From an uncultured bacterium (GTDB lineage: Bacteria; Deinococcota; Deinococci; Deinococcales; Trueperaceae): DNA of 64,000 bases. Under the pieces are notes generated by a model. That model had not been told where the DNA came from, made no database searches, and was given only the letters and a program-made list of their open reading frames with translations. The DNA lies in assembly GCA_964398765.1 (NCBI GenBank), contig CAYNNL010000001.1, forward strand, positions 2,214 through 66,213, given 5' to 3'. This document shows positions 19,691 through 28,043 of the stretch, one piece after another; positions within the stretch are counted from its first letter, which is position 1; each line of letters starts with the position of its first letter. A program made the translations under genes and the position numbers.

Positions 19691-21679
19691 TCAGCGCACC
19701 GTGATGGGCAGGCGCGCCAGCGTCCTGTAGCTCCGGCCCGTGAGGTAGCGGACCTCGTACTGGCCGGGTTCCTCCGGCGCCGTCACGTGCGCCGGGTCGC
19801 CGTCGCTTACGTCGGCCCACGCTCCCCAGTTGCCCTCCTCGGTGCCGACCGGCACGACGGTCACGAAGTCATCGAGGCCGGGGGTGGCAGTCCAGTGCAC
19901 GACGATGTCGCCGCCCGGCGCCACCTCGGCCGGCGCCTCGAGCGTCACGTGCGGTTCGGTCGCGGTGACGCGTTGGGCCGCGATGATGTGGGCATCGGCC
20001 TCGGTGGCGTAGCGCACCTCGTAATCGCCCGGCTCGTCCGGGAGGTAGAGCGCGTAGGTTCCGGGGCCGGAGTCCACCGCGACGCTCGTGTCCAAGAAGC
20101 CATCGGGGACGCCCGCCTCGACGATCGTGAGGAAGTCGCCCGGGTTGGCCGTCGCGGTGGTGACCTCGATCTCGAGCGCGGTGCCGGCGGGGGCGGACGT
20201 GGCCGTGGTGAACGCGCCGGTGGCGGCCGTCACCGTGATCGCGCGCCGAGCCAGCGTCACTTCCTGGAGGCCCTCCAGGTAACGCAGCTCGTAGGCGCCC
20301 GGTGCGTCGGGGAGCTTGAGGCTGACGGGGTTCCCTGTGGCCGTGAGGACGTAGTGGTACACCACGCCCTCCGGTTCGCCGGCGGGCACCACGGTGATCG
20401 AGTCCCCGTCGCCGTCCGGGCCGGTCCAATGGACCTCGATGACGGACCCACCCACGGCCTCGTCCGGCGCGTCGAGGCCGGCCGTGGCCGCCACGACCTC
20501 GACGAGGCTCCTGCCGAGTATGACTGGCGCGCCGTCCGGGCCGTAGGCCACGAAGCGCAGCTCCAACGGTCCCTGGACCGCAGGCAGCCGCAGCTCGACC
20601 TCGCCGCTCGCGCCGTCCGCTCGCCCCTCGGCCAAGGCCACGTCCGATCCCTCGGGCCCTGCCTGAATCACTCCGCCTCCCTCCGGCGCTCCCTGCCACG
20701 CGACGCCGAGGGCGCCCGTCCCCAGCGGCGTAGGGGTGCTCGGCGTGAGGGTCACGGTCAGGCCGGCGGTGAGTTCGAAGGCGTAGGCGTTGGGACCGTC
20801 TGCCGTGACGATCACGCCTGGCACGTCGACCGGCTCCTTCGTGAGGGCGTCCTCGAGGCGCGCGGTGTAGGCGCCGGCCGGCAGCCTGCCGGTGAAGGAG
20901 GTCCCGCCGTCGGCGGGCGTGAGGCGGACGCCGTCGCTCGGTTGCCCGAGGGCGGGCACGAGCAGGACGGAGGCGCCCGCCACGACCGGGACCCCGTCAC
21001 GCTTCAGCGTCACCGCGACCTCGTAGGTGTCACCGTCCGCCGCCGGCGCCGCGGTCTGGACCGCCCGGCCCAGGGCCGCGAACAGTTCGGCGCCGCTGGC
21101 GGCGTTCTCGAAGGACCCGACTGCGCCGAGCGTCGCGGCCGCGGCGGGGTCCAGGTCGATGCCCACGATGCGCAGGTCGATGCCCGCCGCCTTGAGCGTC
21201 GCGGCCGCGGCGTCCACGTCGCCGCCACACACCTCGAGACCGTCCGTCACGAGCACCACCACCTTCGTGCCGGACCGCCCGGCGAGGTCGTCGGCGGCGA
21301 GGCTCAACGAGTAGGCGATGGGCGTGGCGCCGCGCGCCTGCGTGTCCGCCACGGCGGCCAAGAGCGCCTGGCGATCGACGCCGTCGACGGGCACGACCAG
21401 CTGGCTGTCCTCGCAAGCTCCGGGGTCGGTGCCCCTGAGCTGCGAGCCGTAGACGCGCAGGCCGACGCTCAGGTCCCCGCCCTGCGGCAGCGCGGCGATG
21501 AGCCCGGCGAGCACGTCTTTCGCGGCCGCGATCCGGTAGCGACCGTCCGACAGCTTGTTGAACATGGAGCCCGACGCGTCGAGGATGAGCTCGACGTGAC
21601 TCTCGGCGTGGGCCCGCGGCCACGCGGCGAGGCTAAGGGTGAGGAGCGAACAGACCAGCAGCAGCGTGATCTTGCGCAT
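19691..21679 (-). CDS. secreted von Willebrand factor A (VWA) domain protein with C-terminal tandem repeats
   Basis: Has a signal peptide, MRKITLLLVCSLLTLSLAAW. The MIDAS motif is LILDASGSM, with VVVLVTDGLE further on. Four ~85-aa repeats follow. Confidence 0.8.
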   Translation of the reverse strand: MRKITLLLVCSLLTLSLAAWPRAHAESHVELILDASGSMFNKLSDGRYRIAAAKDVLAGLIAALPQGGDLSVGLRVYGSQLRGTDPGACEDSQLVVPVDGVDRQALLAAVADTQARGATPIAYSLSLAADDLAGRSGTKVVVLVTDGLEVCGGDVDAAAATLKAAGIDLRIVGIDLDPAAAATLGAVGSFENAASGAELFAALGRAVQTAAPAADGDTYEVAVTLKRDGVPVVAGASVLLVPALGQPSDGVRLTPADGGTSFTGRLPAGAYTARLEDALTKEPVDVPGVIVTADGPNAYAFELTAGLTVTLTPSTPTPLGTGALGVAWQGAPEGGGVIQAGPEGSDVALAEGRADGASGEVELRLPAVQGPLELRFVAYGPDGAPVILGRSLVEVVAATAGLDAPDEAVGGSVIEVHWTGPDGDGDSITVVPAGEPEGVVYHYVLTATGNPVSLKLPDAPGAYELRYLEGLQEVTLARRAITVTAATGAFTTATSAPAGTALEIEVTTATANPGDFLTIVEAGVPDGFLDTSVAVDSGPGTYALYLPDEPGDYEVRYATEADAHIIAAQRVTATEPHVTLEAPAEVAPGGDIVVHWTATPGLDDFVTVVPVGTEEGNWGAWADVSDGDPAHVTAPEEPGQYEVRYLTGRSYRTLARLPITVR
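19694..20749 (-). repeat. four tandem ~85-aa protein repeats in the VWA protein (aa ~311-662)
   Basis: Units share L.AP.E...G..I.V.WTGP.G..D.ITVVP.G..EG....PG.YE.RYL......LAR..ITV. Examples are GAYELRYLEGLQEVTLARRAITV, GDYEVRYATEADAHIIAAQRVTA and GQYEVRYLTGRSYRTLARLPITV. Confidence 0.6.
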
Positions 21680-21805
21680 GCGTACCCCGATCCTGGGCGC
21701 CCCATAAGGAGCGTCCGCCTACGGCTTCGGGGAGATGCTAGGGGCTGGCGGACCGCTCGCGCAGTGCGCCATGGGCTTGCATGAGCTTGCGGCCGTTCCG
21801 GCGGC

Positions 21806-22300
21806 TCAGGTCGGTTCGTAGGCCTTGCGGGCCCGGCGGCGGTCGAGGTCCTCCCGCACCCGCTGCCCCGTCTCCCAGTGGCGCCGCTCCATCTCGGTCT
21901 CAACCCTGAGTGGCGGCACCGGGGTGGGTCCGCCGCCCTCGCCTATCGCCACGAAGTTCAGATGGCCGATGGTGCAGAGCCGCCGCTCGCCCGTCAGAGG
22001 GTTCTCGCCGTGCACCTCGCAGCGCACGATCATGCTGGTGCGGCCGGTCCAGGCCACGCGGCACTTGAGCTCGATGATCTCGCCGACGTGGATGGGGTTG
22101 CGGAAGTCGATGGCCTCGGTCGAGGCGGTCACCACGACCTGGCGGCAGAAGCGCTGAGCGGCCACGGCGGCGCCCATGTCCATGAGCTCCATGACGCGGC
22201 CACCGAAGAGGGTGCCGAGTGGGTTGGTCACGTTGGGGAAGGCCGTGTCGACGGAGATCACCCAGTCGGAGGCCCGTGGCGTCGCGGTGTCGTCTGGCAC
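21806..22300 (-). CDS. acyl-CoA thioesterase (hotdog fold)
   Basis: NPLGTLFGGRVMELMDMGAAVAAQRF..VVTASTEAIDFRNPIHVGEIIELKCRVAWTGRTSM is typical of YciA/BFIT-type thioesterases. Confidence 0.8.
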   Translation of the reverse strand: MPDDTATPRASDWVISVDTAFPNVTNPLGTLFGGRVMELMDMGAAVAAQRFCRQVVVTASTEAIDFRNPIHVGEIIELKCRVAWTGRTSMIVRCEVHGENPLTGERRLCTIGHLNFVAIGEGGGPTPVPPLRVETEMERRHWETGQRVREDLDRRRARKAYEPT

Positions 22301-22371
22301 GCGGCAAGTATAGGCGTTGTTATGCTGCTCCCCACCGGCCGCGGCCGGGCACGGAGGAGGCCGGAACGAAG

Positions 22372-22968
22372 ATGACTAGCACGACTCGCACGTCCACACT
22401 GGTAAGCAGGTTGCTGCCGGCGCCCACCGCCACCAGACTGGTAGGCCTCCGCGCCGCCGCCCTCGTGGTGGGCGGGGTGGCTTTCCTCGCGCTGTTGGCG
22501 CAGCTGCGGCTGCAACTCGGCCCCGTGCCGATCACGGGCCAGACACTGGGCGTGCTGCTGCTGGGCGCCGCCTACGGCTCGCGGCTGGGGACGCTGACGA
22601 GCGGAGCCTACCTGCTGCTGGGCGCGGCCGGGCTGCCGCTGTTCACTGGAGCTCAGGGTGGGGCGGCCTACCTGCTCGGCCCGACGGGCGGCTACCTCGT
22701 GGGTTTCGTGGCCGCGGCCTGGCTCCTCGGAACGTTGGCCGAGCGCGGGTGGGACCGGTCGCTCGGCTCCACCGCCCTCGCCATGCTGATGGCCAGCCTG
22801 GTCGTCTACGCCTGCGGGCTCGCCTGGCTCCACGTCGCGCTCGGCGGCACGTGGCTGCATACCGTCCAGGTCGGGCTGGTCCCGTTCCTGCTGGGCGATC
22901 TGATCAAGCTTGGTGTCGCGACCGCGCTGCTCCCCGCCGCGTGGCGCGTGACCCCGCGGCGCGCCTAG
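22372..22968 (+). CDS. bioY: biotin transporter S-component BioY
   Basis: Start MTSTTRT, with a GGAGGAGG SD upstream. PITGQTLGVLLLGAAYGSRLG..GAAYLLGPTGGYLVGF..LGDLIKL is the BioY signature. No bioMN genes are adjacent. Confidence 0.85.
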   Translation: MTSTTRTSTLVSRLLPAPTATRLVGLRAAALVVGGVAFLALLAQLRLQLGPVPITGQTLGVLLLGAAYGSRLGTLTSGAYLLLGAAGLPLFTGAQGGAAYLLGPTGGYLVGFVAAAWLLGTLAERGWDRSLGSTALAMLMASLVVYACGLAWLHVALGGTWLHTVQVGLVPFLLGDLIKLGVATALLPAAWRVTPRRA

Positions 22969-23000
22969 CGGCCGCACGCCTCGCTCAACCGGTGAAGGAA

Positions 23001-23031
23001 CTCGCCCCCGACCGAAGCGGTCGGGGGCGAG
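23001..23031. terminator. perfect 13-bp GC hairpin downstream of bioY (possibly a bidirectional terminator)
   Basis: CTCGCCCCCGACC-gaagc-GGTCGGGGGCGAG. On the minus strand it is followed by UUCCUUC; on the plus strand by UCGGUGCC. Confidence 0.6.
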
Positions 23032-23033
23032 TC

Positions 23034-23113
23034 GGTGCCAGCCTGGAATTCAGGGAACCCTTAGGGTCCGACCCTATCCAGGAGGCGGTCCTGGGCTACC
23101 CTAGGCGGGCACC
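23034..23113 (+). ncRNA. candidate structured RNA (three-way junction), class unknown, strand unresolved
   Basis: Hand folding gives three stems. P1 pairs GGTGCC (23034-39) with GGCACC (23108-13). P2 pairs CCTGG (23042-46) with CCAGG (23078-82) and encloses a GGG/CCC plus ACCC/GGGT extended hairpin. P3 pairs CCTGGG (23090-95) with CCTAGG (23100-105) and includes one G.U pair that is valid only on the plus strand. It overlaps no coding frame. Confidence 0.25.
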
Positions 23114-23406
23114 TCCACTGGTCATCTCTATGCGTTGAATATCAGACCACCTCCTTTCCGTGGTAGCGACATGTTAGTCCCAAGCCGCGCGCCGTGTCGG
23201 ACCTGAGCTACATGGCAGGTACACCGGGCCGGGCCGGGGCGGGGGGCCGGGGGTCGGTCGCGGGTCGGTGGCCGGGCGGTGGCCGGGAGGCGCTTGTACG
23301 CTGCCGCACTTGCCACGCTCACCCTCGGGGCCCGCTGCCTATACACTTGGCCCATCACCCCCCGAGCGGCGCGGTGCCGCCGACGGCGCAGAAGGACGCC
23401 CCACAC

Positions 23407-25542
23407 ATGCTGAGCATCCCCGAGAAGATCCTCTTCGTGCTGCTCGCCGCCGCGTCGCTCTACTTCGCGTACGTCGGCTTCAGGCGCGTCGTGCTCGTGA
23501 TCGCGCGCGGGCAGACCGGCCCCGTGCCGCGCCTCAACCAACTGCCCCGCCGCCTCGTCGAGGGCATCATGCGCACGCTCGGTCAGCGCACCGTGTTCAG
23601 GGCGCGCCCCGTCGCCAGCTTCTTCCACTCCTTCATCTTCTACGGCTTCATCCTGTACCTCGCCGTCAACGCCGTCGACGCGCTCAACGGCCTGCTCCCC
23701 GTCTCCCTCACCTCGCGGCTCCACTTCGGCGTGGTCGGCGACGCCTACCGCCTGGTGGCCGACCTCCTGACGTTCCTGATCCTGGTGGGGATGGTCTACT
23801 TCCTGGTAAGACGCTTCGCCGTGAAGCCCAAGACGATCGTGCACGGCGAGCGGGTGAAGCTCCACGAGGGCGTCAAGCGGGGCGGCGTCGAGCGCGACAG
23901 CCTCATCGTGGGCGGCTTCATCCTGCTGCACGTGGGCTCGAGGCTCCTCGCGGAGGGCTTCCTCCTCGCCGCGCACGGCGAGGCAGACGCCTTCCAACCC
24001 ATCACCAGCCTCGTGGCGGGCCTTATCGGGCCCGGTGAGGGCCGCATCATCGGCTGGCACGTCTTCTGGTGGGGTGCGCTCGGCATCATCCTCGCCTTCC
24101 TCCCGTACTTCCCACGCTCGAAGCACATCCACCTCTTCGCGGCGCCTGTTAACTTCGCGCTGGAGCGCCGCACCGAGGAGCTCGCCAAGGTGCCGCTCGG
24201 CGTCCTCGAACCCGTCGACCTCGAGGACGAGACGGCGGAGCAGTTCGGGGCCGCCAGGCTCGAGCACCTGCGCTTCCCTCAGATCCTCGACGCGTACGCG
24301 TGTATCCAGTGCAACCGCTGCGCGAACGTGTGCCCCGCCAACCAGACGGGCAAGGCGCTCAGCCCGGCGGCGCTCGAGATCAACAAGCGCTACGAGCTGA
24401 ACGCCATCGCCACCACCTTCGCTAGCGGCGAGGAGAGCCCGCGGCCACTGCTCGAGTTCGCCATCCCGGCGGAGGCAGTGTGGGCCTGCACCACGTGCGG
24501 CGCCTGCATGGAGGTCTGCCCGGTCGGGTGCGAGCAGATGATCGACATCGTCGACATCAGGCGCGACCTGGTGATGATGCAGGGCGAGTTCCCGGCCGAG
24601 CTTCAGACGGCGTTCAGGGGCATGGAGCGAAGCGGCAACCCGTGGGGCATCGCGCAGGACAAGCGCATGGAGTGGGCGGACGACCTGAGCGTGCCGACCG
24701 TGGAGGAGAACCCGGACTTCGAGGTGCTCTTCTGGGTGGGCTGCGCGGGCGCCTACGACCCGGCGGCGCAGAAGACCACCCGCGCCATGGTGAGGATCCT
24801 GGAGCAGGCGCGCGTCAACTACGCGGTGCTCGGCAAGGCCGAGAAGTGCACCGGCGACCCCGCCAGGCGCGCCGGCAACGAGTACCTGTACTACCAGCTC
24901 GCCACCGAGAACGTGGAGACGCTGAACGCCGCGCTGGTCGACGAGAAGCTCGATGCTGACAAGCGCAAGCTCGTCCTCACCACGTGTCCGCACTGCTTCA
25001 ACGCCCTCATCAACGATTACCCGCAGCTGGGCGGTGACTACCGTGTCACCCACCACACGCAGCTGATCGAGCAGCTCATGGCCGAGGGGCGCATTCCCAC
25101 CTTCGCCCTCGACGAATCGATCACGTACCACGACCCGTGCTACCTGGGGCGCCACAACGGCATCTACGACGCTCCGCGCAACGTGCTGACCAGCGGCGGC
25201 AACGAGATCGTCGAGATGCCGCGCAACCGCAACGACTCGTTCTGCTGCGGTGCCGGCGGAGCGCAGTTCTGGAAGGAAGAGGAGGAGGGCGACCAGCGCG
25301 TCTCGAACGCGCGATTCGACGAGGCCGTCGCCACGGGCGCGCAGGTGATCGCCACGGGCTGCCCGTTCTGCAAGGTCATGCTCTCCTCGAGCGACGGCGC
25401 AGAGGCGGAGGGGGCCCCTCAGGTGCTCGACATCGCGCAGCTCGTCGCGGCGCGCCTGGACGGCATCCAGGCCCTCTTCGACCACCACGGCGCAGGGGTG
25501 GGCGGCTCGGCAGGCCTGGGTGCGAGCGGCGGCAGCGACTGA
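23407..25542 (+). CDS. membrane-anchored Fe-S oxidoreductase (HdrD/GlpC/DsrK-like: 2x[4Fe-4S] plus two CCG domains)
   Basis: I use the internal start MLSIPEKILF. The N-terminal part is polytopic membrane (~5-6 TM). Ferredoxin motifs CIQCNRCANVCP and CTTCGACMEVCP are present. CCG-type cysteine motifs include VGCAGAYD, TTCPHCFNAL, DPCYLGRHNG, SFCCGAGG and GCPFCK. Confidence 0.8.
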   Translation: MLSIPEKILFVLLAAASLYFAYVGFRRVVLVIARGQTGPVPRLNQLPRRLVEGIMRTLGQRTVFRARPVASFFHSFIFYGFILYLAVNAVDALNGLLPVSLTSRLHFGVVGDAYRLVADLLTFLILVGMVYFLVRRFAVKPKTIVHGERVKLHEGVKRGGVERDSLIVGGFILLHVGSRLLAEGFLLAAHGEADAFQPITSLVAGLIGPGEGRIIGWHVFWWGALGIILAFLPYFPRSKHIHLFAAPVNFALERRTEELAKVPLGVLEPVDLEDETAEQFGAARLEHLRFPQILDAYACIQCNRCANVCPANQTGKALSPAALEINKRYELNAIATTFASGEESPRPLLEFAIPAEAVWACTTCGACMEVCPVGCEQMIDIVDIRRDLVMMQGEFPAELQTAFRGMERSGNPWGIAQDKRMEWADDLSVPTVEENPDFEVLFWVGCAGAYDPAAQKTTRAMVRILEQARVNYAVLGKAEKCTGDPARRAGNEYLYYQLATENVETLNAALVDEKLDADKRKLVLTTCPHCFNALINDYPQLGGDYRVTHHTQLIEQLMAEGRIPTFALDESITYHDPCYLGRHNGIYDAPRNVLTSGGNEIVEMPRNRNDSFCCGAGGAQFWKEEEEGDQRVSNARFDEAVATGAQVIATGCPFCKVMLSSSDGAEAEGAPQVLDIAQLVAARLDGIQALFDHHGAGVGGSAGLGASGGSD

Positions 25543-25663
25543 TCCCGGCCCCGGGAGAGTGCGATCTTCGTCAGCGGCGTTGACCGCTACATGCATATCC
25601 TGTTGTGGTCGCGAGGAGTGCCGTCTAGCCGGCGGCGCCTCGCCCTAGGAGACCACGCAGGCC

Positions 25664-28036
25664 GTGTGCACTGACCGTTCCCCCTCGCCGATACCGCCTG
25701 CGGAGGCGGACGTCTCCGCCAGGCACGGTCGTCGTCATGTGGGCGAGGGCGCGGCTGGCGGCGGCCGCGGCGGGGCGTCGAACGAACCGCTCACGGCGTT
25801 GGGGGCGCTGCTTCTCGCCGAGGTCTTCTCGCGCGTGCAAGACGCCATCTTGGTGCTGGACGCCACCGATCACGTCGCGGCCGCGAACCCCGCCGCCGAG
25901 GAGATGTTGCAGGTAAGGCCGGGCGCCCTCATCGGGATGGCGCTGGTGAAGCTCCTGCCGGTCTCGGCGCCGTTGTTCGCTCTCATCGTGGCGCCGGACC
26001 GGAACGGCCCCCTGGAGCTTGAGGTCGAGTTCGTCCGCCCGCAGGGCGGGCTCGTCCCGGCGGCCGTGAAGGCGTTCCGGCTCGACGACGGCCGCACGGT
26101 GCTCATGTGCCGGGCGCTCCCGACACGGCCGCTCGAAGCGCGCGGCCGCCGCTCCGAGCGGCGCTTCAGGACCATCATCGAGCGCTCGTCCGACGTGTTC
26201 TTCATCGTGGACAGGCACGGTCGCATCGACTACGCGTCGCCCGGCGGCGCGGTGCTCGGCCTCGTGGCCGGCGAGCACCGCGAGCTCGACGTCTGGCGGC
26301 TGGTGCACCCGCGCGACCGGGAGTCGGCGCAGACGGCGCTTGCCGCGCGCTACGACCCAACGAAGCACCCACTCACGAACGTGAAGGTGACGTTGCGGGT
26401 GCGCCTGGACGGTGGCTGGCGCTGGTTCGAGGTTGTGGCCACCGACCTGTCGAGCGACCCCGACGTGCAGGGGCTGCTGGTGCAGGCGCGCGACAGGACG
26501 GCGCAGGTCGTGGAGGCGCGGCGGCTCCGCTCGAGCGAGGCGTACTACCGGGCGATCTTCGAGCGCGGCAACGACGGGCTCGCGCTGCTCGACAAGTCGA
26601 GGCGCTTGGTCCGCGTGAACGACAACGAGAGGCCGTTGCTTGGGCACGAGGTGGGTGACCTGCTGGGCGCCAAGCAGGCGGACCTCGTACACCCTGACGA
26701 TGTGGCGGCACTGTCGGACGCGTTCGACCTGGTGGAGGCGCGCGTGGGCGCCAGCGAGCAGGTGCGGTTCCGGGTGAGGGGCGCGGCGGGCGAGTACCAC
26801 TGGCTCGAGGGCTCCGTCATCAACATGCTGCACGACCCCAACATCGCTGCCTTCGTCGTCACCTACCGGCGGGCCGGCGACAGGCAGGCGACGGTCGATA
26901 AGGTGCGATCACTGAACGACGAGCTCAGGCGGCGCCTCACCCACCTGCAGTCGCTGCGTCGCATCGACATGGCGATCACGAACAGTGTCGACGTGAGGGT
27001 CGTGTTCGACATCTTCATGGGGCAGGTGGTCCAGGACCTCGGCATCGACGCCATCGCCATCCTCCTGTACGACTCGCAGCTGCGCGCACTGGCGCCGACC
27101 ATGGGTTACGGCTTCGCCACGGAACTCAGGCTCAGGGCCCGCATCGAGTTGGGCGACGGTCCCGCGGGCGAGGCGGGCCTGGACCGGCGCTCCGTCTACC
27201 TTCCGGACCTGCGCGGCGGCGATGGTTGGGGCGCGGGCATCGAGCCGGCGCACCAGAGCGACTACACCTCCTACATGGCGGTCCCGATGGTGGCCAAGGG
27301 CCAGCTGCAGGGCGTGATCGAGCTGTATTCGAAGCGGCCCATGGAGACGACGCCGGAGTGGCTCGAGTTCCTCGAGACGTACGCCGACTCGGGGGCCATC
27401 GCGGTGGAGAACTCGCAGCTGTTCCGCTCGCTGGAGCGCAGCAACCTGGAGCTGCAGCGCGCGTACGACCGGACCATCGAGGGTTGGGCCAGTGCCCTCG
27501 ACCTGAAGGACGAGGAGACGGCCGGGCATAGCAAGCGGGTGACGGAGATGACGGTCAGGTTGGCGCGGCGCCTGGGGGTGACACCGGATGAGGTGGTGCA
27601 CCTGCAGCGCGGCGCCCTGCTGCACGACATCGGCAAGATGGGTATCCCAGACAGCATCCTGTTGAAGCGCGGGCCGCTGACCGACGAGGAGTTCGCCATC
27701 ATGCGGACGCACCCCGAGCTGGCCTTCCAACTGCTGTCGCCCATCGAGTTCCTGCGCCCGGCGCTCGACATCCCGTACTCGCATCACGAGTGGTGGGACG
27801 GTAGCGGTTACCCGCGCGGCTTGAAGGGCGACCAGATCCCCTTGGCGGCGCGGATCTTCGCGGTGGTGGATGTCTTCGACGCCCTCACGTCGGAGCGCCC
27901 CTACCGGGAGGCCTGGCCGACCGACAGGGCGCTGCAGCTCATCCGCGACGGTAGCGGCACGCATTTCGATCCGGACGTGGTGGCGGCCTTCTTCGAGATG
28001 TGGGAGTACGAGGCGAGGACCCCTAGGCCCGTATAG
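25664..28036 (+). CDS. PAS-PAS-PAS-GAF-HD-GYP signalling protein (putative c-di-GMP phosphodiesterase)
   Basis: Several PAS-like blocks are present (ILVLDATDHVAAANPAAEEML; FFIVDRHGRIDYASPG; GLALLDKSRRLVRVN), followed by a GAF-like region. The HD-GYP core reads HSKRVTEMT..LLHDIGKMGIP..HHEWWDGSGYPRGL. The start (GTG at 25664) is uncertain. Confidence 0.85.
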   Translation: MCTDRSPSPIPPAEADVSARHGRRHVGEGAAGGGRGGASNEPLTALGALLLAEVFSRVQDAILVLDATDHVAAANPAAEEMLQVRPGALIGMALVKLLPVSAPLFALIVAPDRNGPLELEVEFVRPQGGLVPAAVKAFRLDDGRTVLMCRALPTRPLEARGRRSERRFRTIIERSSDVFFIVDRHGRIDYASPGGAVLGLVAGEHRELDVWRLVHPRDRESAQTALAARYDPTKHPLTNVKVTLRVRLDGGWRWFEVVATDLSSDPDVQGLLVQARDRTAQVVEARRLRSSEAYYRAIFERGNDGLALLDKSRRLVRVNDNERPLLGHEVGDLLGAKQADLVHPDDVAALSDAFDLVEARVGASEQVRFRVRGAAGEYHWLEGSVINMLHDPNIAAFVVTYRRAGDRQATVDKVRSLNDELRRRLTHLQSLRRIDMAITNSVDVRVVFDIFMGQVVQDLGIDAIAILLYDSQLRALAPTMGYGFATELRLRARIELGDGPAGEAGLDRRSVYLPDLRGGDGWGAGIEPAHQSDYTSYMAVPMVAKGQLQGVIELYSKRPMETTPEWLEFLETYADSGAIAVENSQLFRSLERSNLELQRAYDRTIEGWASALDLKDEETAGHSKRVTEMTVRLARRLGVTPDEVVHLQRGALLHDIGKMGIPDSILLKRGPLTDEEFAIMRTHPELAFQLLSPIEFLRPALDIPYSHHEWWDGSGYPRGLKGDQIPLAARIFAVVDVFDALTSERPYREAWPTDRALQLIRDGSGTHFDPDVVAAFFEMWEYEARTPRPV

Positions 28037-28043
28037 TTGGCGC

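Noticed and set aside
23034-23113. tRNA, SRP (4.5S) RNA, purine riboswitch or hammerhead identity for the three-way-junction element.
   Set aside because: There is no cloverleaf: the T-loop GTTCRANYC is absent and the D-arm does not pair. There is no SRP GGAAGCAGC motif, no purine-riboswitch junction sequences, and no CUGAUGA/GAAA hammerhead core inside the fold.
23147-23159. CCACCTCCTTTCC, which resembles the 3' end of 16S rRNA.
   Set aside because: This is an isolated 13-mer with no flanking rRNA sequence, so it is not an rRNA gene. I kept it only as part of the ncRNA-candidate observation.
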